Positions 1-10,431 of a DNA stretch of 64,000 nucleotides are shown here, piece after piece. The DNA comes from a bacterium (GTDB lineage: Bacteria; Hinthialibacterota; Hinthialibacteria; Hinthialibacterales; Hinthialibacteraceae), in contig CAXXMV010000008.1 of the NCBI GenBank assembly GCA_963662285.2, forward strand, positions 1,472,001 to 1,536,000, given 5' to 3'. Under the pieces are notes generated by a model, which searched no databases, had not been told where the DNA came from, and was given only the letters and a program-made list of their open reading frames with translations. Positions within the stretch are counted from its first letter, which is position 1. Each line of letters begins with the position of its first letter. Made by a program: the position numbers and the translations under genes.

Positions 1-791
1 CGGACGCTCCTATCCGTTATACTCACCGGCGCGCCGGTAGTAAAGATATTTATTTCGTTGCCAATCGAACGGCAAACCAGGTTAAGGCGACATGCCGTTT
101 CCGCGTGACAGATAAACAACCTGAGTTATGGAATCCACTTAATGGTGATATTCGATCATTACCCGAGTTCACACAAGACAATGGCCGCATAACAATACCG
201 CTTATTTTTGAAGCGCATCAAAGTTTCTTCATTATTTTTGATAATAATAAATCAAATCTAATTAATGATAAAACAAAGAGTAATAACTTTCCAACCATCA
301 CGCAAATCGCCCGAATTGACGGTCCCTGGGATATGTCATTTGCTGAAGAATCGGGAGGTCCCGGGAATGTAATTTTTCAGACGCTTGATAATTGGAGCAA
401 GCGACCGGAAAAAGGCATTAAATACTATTCCGGTATTGCAGTCTACAAGACGTCCTTTGACCTTCCGCAGAAATTAGTACTCGGCCAAAACCGACTTTCA
501 TTAGACCTGGGAATTGTCCACAATCTGGCGCAAATATATCTCAACGGAAAGGATATGGGTATATTATGGTGTAATCCCTGGCAGGTTGATATTACAAATA
601 ATGTTCAAGACAAAGATAACAGACTGGAGATTCACATCAGCAATCTATGGCCGAACCGCTTGATTGGTGATATGAATATTCCAGTTGATCAAAGGATTGC
701 ATGGACGACCTGGAATCCATACAAGAAGGATGACGCCTTGCTGCCCTCCGGATTATTAGGGCCAGTAACACTTAATTTTATAAGCGAATAG
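1..791 (+). CDS. Glycoside hydrolase C-terminal part (GH106 alpha-L-rhamnosidase-like / GH2-type sugar-binding domain), 5'-truncated by window edge
   Basis: Frame is open from position 3 (DAPIRYTHRRAGSKDIYFVANR...), continuing to PELWNP, IKYYSG, LDLG.V..LA..YLNG, NLWPNRLIGD, LLPSGLLGPV. Confidence 0.8.
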   Translation, partial: DAPIRYTHRRAGSKDIYFVANRTANQVKATCRFRVTDKQPELWNPLNGDIRSLPEFTQDNGRITIPLIFEAHQSFFIIFDNNKSNLINDKTKSNNFPTITQIARIDGPWDMSFAEESGGPGNVIFQTLDNWSKRPEKGIKYYSGIAVYKTSFDLPQKLVLGQNRLSLDLGIVHNLAQIYLNGKDMGILWCNPWQVDITNNVQDKDNRLEIHISNLWPNRLIGDMNIPVDQRIAWTTWNPYKKDDALLPSGLLGPVTLNFISE

Positions 792-848
792 CCGCCCAGG
801 TTTTGAAATTTAACCAGTTTTCTTGATATAGAGTCTTAACCGTTCTTG

Positions 849-3467
849 TCAGTCTTGTTCCAGATAACAGAATGCCTCTTGTTTAATAGTATCGGCATGA
901 AGTTTAAGAGTATTATGGTTAGCTTGATTAGCAACATCTACAACTCTGATGGCATTAGACCATTTTGCTTCACCGGGAAGAAGTTCAGATAAAACATTAG
1001 TCGATTCTTCAAAAAAATGTTCATTGATCATATTACTTTCTCTATCAGGAAAAAGAGCAAGATAAAGCATGTCCATTTCAACCATCTCACTAAAAAAATG
1101 AGTTCCAAGAGATACGTCGGGAACCAAATTATCTCTCATAGTTACAATTTCACAAATAATCGATACATTGTTAATATCGACAAAAGATACGGGAACGCCC
1201 AATGATGGAGTCGATGTTCCCCAACGTCCGGGTCCGATAAGCATGATGGTCGCTGGATTTTCTTTTTTTTGTAGATGAGTAAGTCTACCAATCAATCTGG
1301 CAATATGGTATCGCTCAGTCATTGTAAGTTGACCGTAAACAGAGGGAACCACATAAATTATTCGATCAATATTCGCCAAACGGCTGCGCCCGATGACGGG
1401 GCCTTTTATGCGAAGGATCAAGTTGTTTTTATCAATACTAGCCGGAGGTTCAACAATTGTGCTGCCTCCCTTGATTTCCAAAGGTCGACACTGAACCAGA
1501 TTTATTTTATATTCATCACAACCAATAAAATTAACAGTATATTCAATGTCAACCGGATATTGGTAAGCATCACTAAGAATGAGCATTATTTCGTGCATGT
1601 CATCTGCAAATGAAGTTATTGATAGTAATTTATCAAATGTCAGCATCTTATAATATTTACTGGTCGATTGATTCCTGTTACTTGAATGATAGGGATTATC
1701 AATTTCAGAAGCGCATAAACTAATCGAAATATCCGTGCTATATTCTGCAATCTCATTAAAATCTTTCGATATTACCTGATTGGCTTCCAAGTCGAGCACA
1801 TCAATTTTTTTCTGAGTAAATTTATAAGAATCACTTTTTTCGGTTTCAGGTCGTTTATCAGGAGCGCTTAGCGCAATTAATCTGGTATAATCATCATCGC
1901 TTCGATCCACTGCGCGAGTGCCCAATCCATATACCAGACGCAATAATCCTGCCTCTGATTTAATTGCTTCATCCCAGACGAATGGATTGAAAGAATAACC
2001 CACCCCCGCCGCATGGGGATAAAACATATTACCATTTATAGAACCGGAAACCCGCTGCACCAAAAGCGCCATCTGTTCGTCTTGTTCGAGAATGCCTCGA
2101 TTAGCGCGATATTTGAGCGCTTTCTCGCTCATGCTGCTGGCATAGATTATTCGCACGGCATCCAAAAAGCGTTTCAGTCGTTCTTCGGGAGAACCCTGAT
2201 TGGTGCAAAAAACGCTTTCATATTTCCCGGCAAACATATTCCCGAAACCATCCTCTAAAAGACTGCTGGATCGCACAATAATGGGCGACAATCCATAATA
2301 TTCCAGCATTGCCTTGAAGCGTTCTATCATATAGTCAGGGAATTTTCCGGCCAAAATTCGCTTCTTGGCTTCCTCGATATCATCCATGAAAGTAACAGTA
2401 TTTTTCTGTTTCTTTCTTACCCACCAGCAATCATTCAAAACAATATAAGAATAAAAAACTTCCGAGCCGATATAGAATGAGTCATGCGATTCGATGACGT
2501 CTTCATATTTAGAAAAGTTCTGTTTAAGAATCGTGCGAGCCAGTATCATACCGACCGTTTTTCCACCGATAAATCCTGTGCCGATCATTCGTTCTCTAAT
2601 GCGCATTAAATCCTGTAAAGTTAAATATTTTTCCGCCAGTTTTGATAATCGCACATCCCTGCTTATAATCATTCCCATAAGCAGTTTAAACATTTCATCA
2701 ACTCTGCGTTTTGAACCTTCACCCCGGTTGAAGGCCTTTAGGACTTCATCGGCTTCGACAAAAACCCGATTCCAGACGCCGATTTGATACAATGCCGATT
2801 CCAATCCAGACTTTGTTACAGAAGTTAAGATATCGGCCAATTCGATGCTGCGGGTAATAGGAATAAATTGATCGCCTTGCCAGGCATGTAAGCGGTAAAT
2901 AGTTTTTGATATACGATTGTTAACTTTCAGAGGGTAAACATACAATTTTCCTTTATGACGGTATACATCAAGAAACATTTGGGTGCTTTTTGATATGGGA
3001 TCAGCAGCATGAAATGAGTGGTAATTGCGTAGTACTGCAAAGTATGCAATCGCTTTCATTTTTATGAGATAGGGACAGGTAAGCAGAAAGAAATTGCCTA
3101 GCATCCGGTCACTGTAGCAATCATGGGCCAGTTCCGAAAGCGTATCGAATATATAATAACCGCCTTCCCCATTTTTCTCTATCACATCATGAATCTTGCT
3201 GATAAACACCTCAAATCCTTTTTGGGGACTAAGGCTATAGATATCGATGTTATCATCATCAATAACAAGAGGTTCATGGGCGGCAAAACGGAAATAGGTT
3301 ACCCGTTCTTTTTTGGATATGGCGCCGCGACTGAAGGGTTCAACAAAAGCGCGATAATCGTTTATACTGTCTACCTGCCATAAAATATTGCCTCCCGGAT
3401 TCACATCCTGCAGAACATCATCCAATGCCGGTAATCCTGTACTATGCCTTGCGCAATCGTCCAACAT
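849..3467 (-). CDS. PEP/pyruvate-binding (PPDK_N, ATP-grasp) domain protein with KaiC/RecA-like N-terminus, paralog 1
   Basis: IGGKTVG, IVRSSSLLED, FAGKYES, GLGTRAV, PVDIEY, LVQCRP; N-terminus STGLPALDDVL. Confidence 0.85.
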   Translation of the reverse strand: MLDDCARHSTGLPALDDVLQDVNPGGNILWQVDSINDYRAFVEPFSRGAISKKERVTYFRFAAHEPLVIDDDNIDIYSLSPQKGFEVFISKIHDVIEKNGEGGYYIFDTLSELAHDCYSDRMLGNFFLLTCPYLIKMKAIAYFAVLRNYHSFHAADPISKSTQMFLDVYRHKGKLYVYPLKVNNRISKTIYRLHAWQGDQFIPITRSIELADILTSVTKSGLESALYQIGVWNRVFVEADEVLKAFNRGEGSKRRVDEMFKLLMGMIISRDVRLSKLAEKYLTLQDLMRIRERMIGTGFIGGKTVGMILARTILKQNFSKYEDVIESHDSFYIGSEVFYSYIVLNDCWWVRKKQKNTVTFMDDIEEAKKRILAGKFPDYMIERFKAMLEYYGLSPIIVRSSSLLEDGFGNMFAGKYESVFCTNQGSPEERLKRFLDAVRIIYASSMSEKALKYRANRGILEQDEQMALLVQRVSGSINGNMFYPHAAGVGYSFNPFVWDEAIKSEAGLLRLVYGLGTRAVDRSDDDYTRLIALSAPDKRPETEKSDSYKFTQKKIDVLDLEANQVISKDFNEIAEYSTDISISLCASEIDNPYHSSNRNQSTSKYYKMLTFDKLLSITSFADDMHEIMLILSDAYQYPVDIEYTVNFIGCDEYKINLVQCRPLEIKGGSTIVEPPASIDKNNLILRIKGPVIGRSRLANIDRIIYVVPSVYGQLTMTERYHIARLIGRLTHLQKKENPATIMLIGPGRWGTSTPSLGVPVSFVDINNVSIICEIVTMRDNLVPDVSLGTHFFSEMVEMDMLYLALFPDRESNMINEHFFEESTNVLSELLPGEAKWSNAIRVVDVANQANHNTLKLHADTIKQEAFCYLEQD

Positions 3468-3613
3468 GGCAATTTCTCCGTTGCATACTTTTTAACATAA
3501 CTGTATAAATAAAGAGTAGAGTAATTCCCCGTAACTTTTCAAAAATTATTCAAGTATTTTTTGTAATAAGAAACCAACATCATAAAATCAAGTCAAACAA
3601 GGTTTGTATTCCA

Positions 3614-6235
3614 TCACGCATCCATTTTCTCAAGATAGCAAAAGACTTCCTGTTTAATAGTATTGGCATTAAGTTTAAGCGCGTTATTGTTTTGCTGTTT
3701 ATCAATATCGATAACTTTAATTACATCAGACCATTTTGATTCACCGGGAAGCAGTTGCGAAAAAAGATTGGTTGATTCATTGAAAAACCGTTCATTTAAG
3801 ATATTTCCTTTTTGATCAGGAAATAAAGCGAGATAAAGCATATCCATTTCAACAATCTCGCTGAAAAAATGAGTTCCAAGAGACACATCAGGGACTAAAT
3901 GGTCTCTCATAGTAACGATTTCACAAATCATTGAAACGTTATTGATTTCAACGAAAGAGACCGGCACTCCAAGCGAAGGCGTCGACGTTCCCCACCGTCC
4001 AGGACCGATAAGCATGATGGTCTTGGGATTATCTTTATTTTGCAGATGATTAATTATTCCGATCAATCTTGCGACATGATATCGTTCAGTAAGAGTAAGT
4101 TGGCCGTAAACCGATGGCGCCACATAGATCAATCGATCAATGTTTTCCAAGCGGCTGTTGCCGATCACAGGTCCTTTGATATGAAAGATTAAATCCTGGT
4201 CATCAATAGCAGAGGGAGATTCAGGCATTGCGCCGCCGCCATTGATTTGCAGCGGCCGACACTGAACCAGATTGATTTTGTATTGATCACTACTGATAAA
4301 GTTAACTGTAAATTCTATATCAACCGGATGATCATAAGCATCACGAATGGTCTTCAGCAACTCGCGCATATCAGCGGCAAAGGATGTGTTGGACAAGAGT
4401 ATATCAAAGGTCAGCATTTTATAACTATGCTGCTTCTTATTAGCATTATCGGAGCAATAGGGATTATCAATTTCAGTAGCGCATAACCTTATTGGAATAT
4501 CGGAACAATACTGAGCAATTTCATTGAAATCTCTCGATACTAACCGGTTGGATTCCAAATCAAGCACATCAACTTTTCTTTGCGCGAATCTACAGGCTTC
4601 ATCATCATCAGATTCAGGGCGTTTATGGGGAGCGCTTAATGCGATGACCCGTGTGTAGTCATCATCTGATCGATCTACGGCGCGGGTGCCCAGACCAAAT
4701 ACCAGACGCAATAAACCTGATTCCGGTTTTATAGAATCGTTCCATACAAATGGATTGAAAGAATATCCAACTCCGGCAATATGCGGGTAGAACAGGTTTT
4801 TATAAAGAGAACCGGATACGCGCTGGACTAAAAGCGCCATCTGTTCATCTTGCTCGAGTATACCCCGGTTAAATCTGTAGGCGATGGCTTTTTCACTCAT
4901 GGTACTGGCGTATACGGTTCGCACGGCTGAAAGGAAATCCTCCAAGCGTTTATGCCGGGAACCCTGGTTAGCGCAAAAGACGCTCTCGTATTTACCGGGA
5001 AAGGCATTGCCGAAGTTATCTTCTAAAAGACTGCTGGAACGAACCAGAATGGGAGACTGACCGAAATAATCCAGCATATCGGCGAATTTTTTAATGATAT
5101 GCTCTGGAAAAATCCCCATAAGAATGCGTCGCCTGGTCATAAAAGCATTTGAAACAATACTATCCAGATCACTTTGCTGCCATAGCATGCGCCAGCAGCC
5201 ATTCTCAACCAGAAATGTATAGAAGACGTCAGAACCGACAAAGAAGGAATCGTGCATTTCCAGTTTATCAGCCAGTTTTTGGTTATTTTTCTTCAAAATG
5301 GCGCGCGATAAAAGCATTCCAACTGATTTGCCGCCGATCAGCCCGGTGCCGATCATTCGTTTTCCGATTCCAAGAAGGTCAGAAAGAGTAAAATATTTTG
5401 AAATCAAATTGAAGATTAGCGTATCCCGCGCCAGAATCATCCGCATCAGATGTTGTTCAATTTCGTTGACATCTTTTTCAGTGGTGTTACCGGTTCTCTG
5501 TTTGGCCAATATCTCTTCCGCTTTATTAAAGGTCCGGTTCCAGATATCCAACTGAACGCTGGCTGATTCAATCCCGGACCATGGAGTGGAAGTTAATATC
5601 TCAGAGATAGTCAGACTATCAGTCACTGGCAGAAAATCATCGCCTTCCCAGGCATGAAGCATGAACATCTTGGAGGAATAGCGTTGTTGAACTTTAAGCG
5701 GTCTGACGAACAATTTCTCCTTATGACGATAAATATCCAGAAAAAGTTGCGTGGTCTTCACAATAGATGATGTGGCATGGAACGAATGATGATTTCTCCG
5801 TAATGCGAAATAAGCGATGGTTTCCAAATCATAAAGATAAGGACAAGTCAGCATAAAGAAGTTTCCAAGCATCTGGTCGCTATACCAGTCCACCGTAAGA
5901 TCTGAAAGGCAATCGAAGATATAAAACACGCCATTACCTTTGTCCCGGATAACTTTATGGATTTCTGCGATAAAAGTTTCAAAACTATTAGTCGGATCTA
6001 TATGATAAATATCAGCGCCAGACTTTTCATCAAGAATTGCCTCATGTTTAGCGAAATGAAAATATACCAGTTTTTTTTCCTGTGCTATAGCATTGGCGCA
6101 CAACGGATTCACGAATTTCACATAATCTTTGATAGAACTCACCTGCCACACAACGTTGTCGCCTTGAATAAGACCCTTCAAGATGCGATCCAAGCCAGGC
6201 AAGCCAGTACTAAACTCTACATCACTTCCCATCAT
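3614..6235 (-). CDS. PEP/pyruvate-binding (PPDK_N) domain protein with KaiC/RecA-like N-terminus, paralog 2
   Basis: Same motifs (IGGKSVG, VRSSSLLED, GKYES, GLGTRAV, VDIEF, VQCRP); 873 aa, collinear with paralog 1. Confidence 0.85.
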   Translation of the reverse strand: MMGSDVEFSTGLPGLDRILKGLIQGDNVVWQVSSIKDYVKFVNPLCANAIAQEKKLVYFHFAKHEAILDEKSGADIYHIDPTNSFETFIAEIHKVIRDKGNGVFYIFDCLSDLTVDWYSDQMLGNFFMLTCPYLYDLETIAYFALRRNHHSFHATSSIVKTTQLFLDIYRHKEKLFVRPLKVQQRYSSKMFMLHAWEGDDFLPVTDSLTISEILTSTPWSGIESASVQLDIWNRTFNKAEEILAKQRTGNTTEKDVNEIEQHLMRMILARDTLIFNLISKYFTLSDLLGIGKRMIGTGLIGGKSVGMLLSRAILKKNNQKLADKLEMHDSFFVGSDVFYTFLVENGCWRMLWQQSDLDSIVSNAFMTRRRILMGIFPEHIIKKFADMLDYFGQSPILVRSSSLLEDNFGNAFPGKYESVFCANQGSRHKRLEDFLSAVRTVYASTMSEKAIAYRFNRGILEQDEQMALLVQRVSGSLYKNLFYPHIAGVGYSFNPFVWNDSIKPESGLLRLVFGLGTRAVDRSDDDYTRVIALSAPHKRPESDDDEACRFAQRKVDVLDLESNRLVSRDFNEIAQYCSDIPIRLCATEIDNPYCSDNANKKQHSYKMLTFDILLSNTSFAADMRELLKTIRDAYDHPVDIEFTVNFISSDQYKINLVQCRPLQINGGGAMPESPSAIDDQDLIFHIKGPVIGNSRLENIDRLIYVAPSVYGQLTLTERYHVARLIGIINHLQNKDNPKTIMLIGPGRWGTSTPSLGVPVSFVEINNVSMICEIVTMRDHLVPDVSLGTHFFSEIVEMDMLYLALFPDQKGNILNERFFNESTNLFSQLLPGESKWSDVIKVIDIDKQQNNNALKLNANTIKQEVFCYLEKMDA

Positions 6236-6452
6236 AACATTTCTCCATCTTGTTGTTATTCAAAATCAATTACAAACAGTTTACTACTCTGATTGCCAAA
6301 AAGTCACTTTTTCAGGTTAATATTTTAATTATGATAATAATAGGGAAACTTAGAACAAATATCTAAAATATCCGGAGAGATGTCAGGTTCTGAATCCAAG
6401 AAAATGCCATACATATTGCTATCTGCAGCGAGATAATATAAGTTACGACAAG

Positions 6453-6767
6453 GTGGAGTGGAAGCAACAGCAGATGACCATGCGGAAATTTCCTAAATTT
6501 CGTCTGGATACTATTCTGATCCCATTTTTAATGGGTATAACCCTCTTTGTAATACTTCTACCCGCAAAATATTCGGGATTGAGTTCCAGCGACTCAACCA
6601 CTATGTTCTATTGCATACTGACTATGGCGCTTATCATCATCGCCGGATCATTCCTACTGGTGCACGAAAACAACCGCCTGCATTTTCTAATCATGCCATA
6701 CTCCATACTGTTAAAAGGCTTTTGGCTGCAGAGAGCCGTTGATTTCATCTATAAACATAAGCAATGA
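6453..6767 (+). CDS. Small putative membrane protein, hypothetical
   Basis: 104-aa ORF with two hydrophobic stretches filling an intergenic gap; no recognised motif. Confidence 0.3.
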   Translation: MEWKQQQMTMRKFPKFRLDTILIPFLMGITLFVILLPAKYSGLSSSDSTTMFYCILTMALIIIAGSFLLVHENNRLHFLIMPYSILLKGFWLQRAVDFIYKHKQ

Positions 6768-6797
6768 AACATCACAAGTGAGAGAGATTTGGTTTGC

Positions 6798-7682
6798 TTA
6801 TTCACTTACTATTTGTTCTTCCATAGAGGCGACCTCAGGATAGCGCCATAGATTATCCTTCCCGAAGATAAATCCATAATGCATGCGGAACCGGTCGTTA
6901 AAATTCACTTCAAACCAGGGACTGATGCTTCGTTCTTTGGGATTTTTAACTATATGGACATCCATAGCAGGCATCATTCCCTGCACCAGCAAAAAGACTT
7001 TCTTACCCGTTTTTTTGTTCTCCGCCATATCCGCAATCATCACGGCGTGGTAGGCGTAATTAAAAACGTCGCCAATCCGCATATCCTTGAATCCTGAAAC
7101 TTTGTTCATGTCTTTATTCATTGACATAGTCCCGGCGTAAGAGAAAATCATATCCATATATCTTCTGAAAGAATCATACGATTTATTGGCCAGACTCGAT
7201 TTTTCCCAGAAGGACCGATTGTTTTTCACCCCTACCTGGTAACCTTCTCGCCATTTTTTATAATCGATTCGGTCACCGTTGCAGAAGTGAAATCGGATAC
7301 TATCGTACTGACCTTTTGAGTATAGATATTCCGCCCGAAGCCTCATTATGGCATCGGCGCATTGCTGCAAATCACGTTTGCCGACATCTATATCGATAAT
7401 TGCGTGGTGCGCGGTTTGATTCTTCCAGCGTTTTCCATTGAATAATTGAACCGCAGTATCGGGCTTTTTTAGAGGAAGATGTCTGAGCCATTCCGCATAA
7501 CTGCCTTTATCCACCGCCACCCGCTGGAAACCTTGGGGCGGCGCAATGCGCATGTTGATAGACTGCTTTGCATCATAAGACTTTGATTGATTCTTCAACC
7601 AGGGATATTCAATAGATTCTATTTCAGCATAAACGCATTGATTCAGCGCAAATGCCATGATGATAAACCAGACTATTTTCAT
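6798..7682 (-). CDS. DUF4846 family secreted protein
   Basis: WLRHLPLK and IDVGKRDLQQCADAIMRLRAEYLY motifs; signal peptide from MKIVWFII (start moved to 7682). Confidence 0.8.
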   Translation of the reverse strand: MKIVWFIIMAFALNQCVYAEIESIEYPWLKNQSKSYDAKQSINMRIAPPQGFQRVAVDKGSYAEWLRHLPLKKPDTAVQLFNGKRWKNQTAHHAIIDIDVGKRDLQQCADAIMRLRAEYLYSKGQYDSIRFHFCNGDRIDYKKWREGYQVGVKNNRSFWEKSSLANKSYDSFRRYMDMIFSYAGTMSMNKDMNKVSGFKDMRIGDVFNYAYHAVMIADMAENKKTGKKVFLLVQGMMPAMDVHIVKNPKERSISPWFEVNFNDRFRMHYGFIFGKDNLWRYPEVASMEEQIVSE

Positions 7683-7829
7683 AATTCCATCCCGCAATAG
7701 ATAAAATAACGCGTCTTGATGCATGTAAAAATTTGACGAATTATTAATAGAACGTATTGCCTAAATAATTAGTAAAAATTATATTTTAATTGGAATATTG
7801 TTAAATCGAAGCGCACTCCCCCCATCTAA

Positions 7830-7851
7830 CTCCCCCCAGGCTTGGGGGGAG
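7830..7851. terminator. GC-rich hairpin downstream of the oxidoreductase gene (terminator or REP-like)
   Basis: CTCCCCCCA-GGCT-TGGGGGGAG inverted repeat. Confidence 0.5.
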
Positions 7852-7886
7852 AATGCGTTACTAAATGCTTTGCATCTATAATCAAA

Positions 7887-9218
7887 TCATACTTCATCCG
7901 GCACGGTGAAAGGCATACGATAATCCCGGTCCTTATCCCGGATAATGGCGTCTGCCTTTTCATTATTGGTGATGCGCTCTGTTTCAGGATCGAAGCGTAG
8001 AGTTTCCTCAGTACGATAGGCGGCGTTGGCCAGATGGCAATGCGCTGCTGAGATATGGCCTTCGATGATTTCGGCGTTGAGGTCTTCCTGCTTATTGTTG
8101 CGCAGGGCGGTGATAAAGTTTTCGAAATGGTTTTCTCCGCTGCGACGTCCCTTGCCTTTTTCACGCTTTTCACCCAGATAAACCTGATAACCGCGCTCGA
8201 AGCCATGAGTAGTCATAAATCCTTCGCTTCCAAAGAAGATGCAACCGACCACGTTTCGATCATTGCCATCAGCGCCGTTAATTTCACCAAGTTCATTGTT
8301 GGTATGCCAATGCCGGACTTCAAAAGCCATCATTTTATTTTTATCGGGATATTTAAACGTAGCGTGCAGTACATTGGGAGTCTGCTGATCGTCTTGGAAC
8401 ATGAAATGTCCACCCTGAGCCTGGATGGTAGTAGGCATCCCGACATCAAGTCCCCAGCGGGCCAAGTCCATTTCATGAACGCCCTGGTTTCCTATGTCGC
8501 CATTGCCATAAAGCCAGTTCCAATGCCAGTTGTAGTGGAAGCGATTCTTAGAGAAAGGCTGCTCTGGTGCGGGGCCTTGCCACAGATCATACTCTACTCC
8601 TCTGGGCGGTTTGCCGTCCGGCGTATGACCTATAGTATTGCGCCATTTATAGCAGAGACCTTTGGCGTAGTAGACGTCGCCGATCTCTCCATCGCGGATA
8701 AGTTGGATTGCTTCCTGAAGAGCTTCGCAGCTGCGGCTTTGGGTGCCATGCGCCACAATGCGTTTATATTTACGCGCCGCTTCAACCAGTTTACGGCCTT
8801 CATAGACATTATGCGAACAAGGCTTTTCGACGTATACATGTTTGCCCGCCTGACAAGCCCATATCCCCATGATGGAATGCCAGTGATTGGGAGTTGCGAT
8901 GGAAACTGCATCAAGTTCGGGGTTTTTCAACATTTCGCGGTAATCAATATAAGTCTTTATGTCGTGGCCTAAATCTTTTTGATAAATATTTTTTCGTTCT
9001 TTAAGTAAGCCGCCGTCAATATCGCTGATAGCCGCAACTTTGACATTTTTCTGCGCATCGAATCCCCGGATGTGGTCGTTTCCCCGGCCATGTATGCCAA
9101 CTACTCCCATCCGAATTTCGTCGTTAACGCTTCCCACAGAATTGCGAATCAACAGATTAACGCTGGCTGCGGCGCCAGCAGTTGTTTTGAGGAAATTACG
9201 TCGGTCAGTTTGCTTCAT
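7887..9218 (-). CDS. Gfo/Idh/MocA family oxidoreductase, Tat-exported
   Basis: DRRNFLK Tat signal, GVVGIHGRG, IATPNHWH, HVYVEKP, GTQSRS, NQGVHEMD. Confidence 0.92.
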   Translation of the reverse strand: MKQTDRRNFLKTTAGAAASVNLLIRNSVGSVNDEIRMGVVGIHGRGNDHIRGFDAQKNVKVAAISDIDGGLLKERKNIYQKDLGHDIKTYIDYREMLKNPELDAVSIATPNHWHSIMGIWACQAGKHVYVEKPCSHNVYEGRKLVEAARKYKRIVAHGTQSRSCEALQEAIQLIRDGEIGDVYYAKGLCYKWRNTIGHTPDGKPPRGVEYDLWQGPAPEQPFSKNRFHYNWHWNWLYGNGDIGNQGVHEMDLARWGLDVGMPTTIQAQGGHFMFQDDQQTPNVLHATFKYPDKNKMMAFEVRHWHTNNELGEINGADGNDRNVVGCIFFGSEGFMTTHGFERGYQVYLGEKREKGKGRRSGENHFENFITALRNNKQEDLNAEIIEGHISAAHCHLANAAYRTEETLRFDPETERITNNEKADAIIRDKDRDYRMPFTVPDEV

Positions 9219-9461
9219 GGTTCATGCTCCTTTATGAACGGTTTAATTTATAAACTGTTTCAGATCACACGCTACGACAATACCGCATCACATTGATTTT
9301 GAGAAGAAGTAGTGAATCAAAAAAAACCAGGGTATAAAAAAACGCGGAAGTTCAAAGCCCCAACTTTCGGGATTTTGAATTTCCGCATTAAAGTCCTTTA
9401 TATTGGTAATCTGCCAAGTAATTGACAATTTTCTGATCAGCCATCAGATCTGAATTTCTGG

Positions 9462-10127
9462 TTAATTCATCATGACAATGTCGCCATTGCTGGACAGACC
9501 GTTGGATGAAGAATAAGGATAGCCCATTCCCAAGGCATTATTATAAGCGCCGCGCTTACCATCTGGACCAGCGCCCAGCAAAACGTAATTGCCCGGCTTT
9601 AAAGAACGTAATCCGACTTGATTCAACAATGCATCGTTTCCAGGTGTGAAAAACGACAGACCGATGTCGCCGCCTGGAATGGCTGGATCCTCATCGGCGT
9701 ACATGTAGGTATATGGAGGAATCAAGTCGGCAGCGATAAGGGCGCTGTTGGAATCCGCTCCCGATGTCGGAGAGAAAAATGGATCAAGAGGAATTGAAGA
9801 TAAATAAGCAACCGGTGACGTAAGTGGCGCGAATAGACCAGCCATGCCCCCACGATCATCATGAGTACCGCCGACCCCATGAAATACTTCAGCCATTCTC
9901 TTCTGACCAGCCTCTGAATCATCATCCCAGAAATCAATCAGAAGACAACCTTTATCAATACGGAGTTGCTCTATGGCGGTCATGACAGATTTCATATCCG
10001 CCTGCGCCCGCGCAATTTTAGCGCGCATTTGGGCATTCAAAAAGTTAGGTACGGCAATGGCCGCGAGAATGCCAATGATGGCGACGACGATCAGCAGTTC
10101 AATAAGCGTAAAACCTTTGTTTTTCAT
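9462..10127 (-). CDS. Prepilin-type N-terminal cleavage/methylation protein (GspG-like pseudopilin) 1
   Basis: MKNKG|FTLIELLIVVAIIGILAAIAVPNF class III signal; SIPLDPF; GAGPDG. Confidence 0.9.
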   Translation of the reverse strand: MKNKGFTLIELLIVVAIIGILAAIAVPNFLNAQMRAKIARAQADMKSVMTAIEQLRIDKGCLLIDFWDDDSEAGQKRMAEVFHGVGGTHDDRGGMAGLFAPLTSPVAYLSSIPLDPFFSPTSGADSNSALIAADLIPPYTYMYADEDPAIPGGDIGLSFFTPGNDALLNQVGLRSLKPGNYVLLGAGPDGKRGAYNNALGMGYPYSSSNGLSSNGDIVMMN

Positions 10128-10431
10128 AAAATATCTCCCCATATAGATTATTTGCATATAGAAGCCAATTTTAGAATTTTAAAAAATAATAACAACGTCA
10201 ATAGTATGGATTTGCAGATATTCTATTAGGTCAATTATATAAAACACAATGTATCTAAAATTGCTGTGATTATCGAGCGCTCAATCATAAAGAGAATCAA
10301 AATGGTTTTTTCTTTCCGCTTGCAATAGAAGATAAATCTGGTTACGCTCTCTTTCAACGCTGGTTATGCTTAAATATTGTAAGCTCGTTTCTTGTGCAGG
10401 ATGATATGTTTCCAATAAAAATTGAACTCTG

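Noticed and set aside
849-6235. kaiC clock genes or canonical ppsA/ppdK
   Set aside because: No Walker A in the KaiC-like part; no TSHAA phosphocarrier or C-terminal PEP-utilising barrel
8055-8972. 305-aa antisense ORF (likewise 12469-13374, 53974-54567, 54742-55317, 63308-63856)
   Set aside because: Shadow frames opposite well-supported genes, with no motifs
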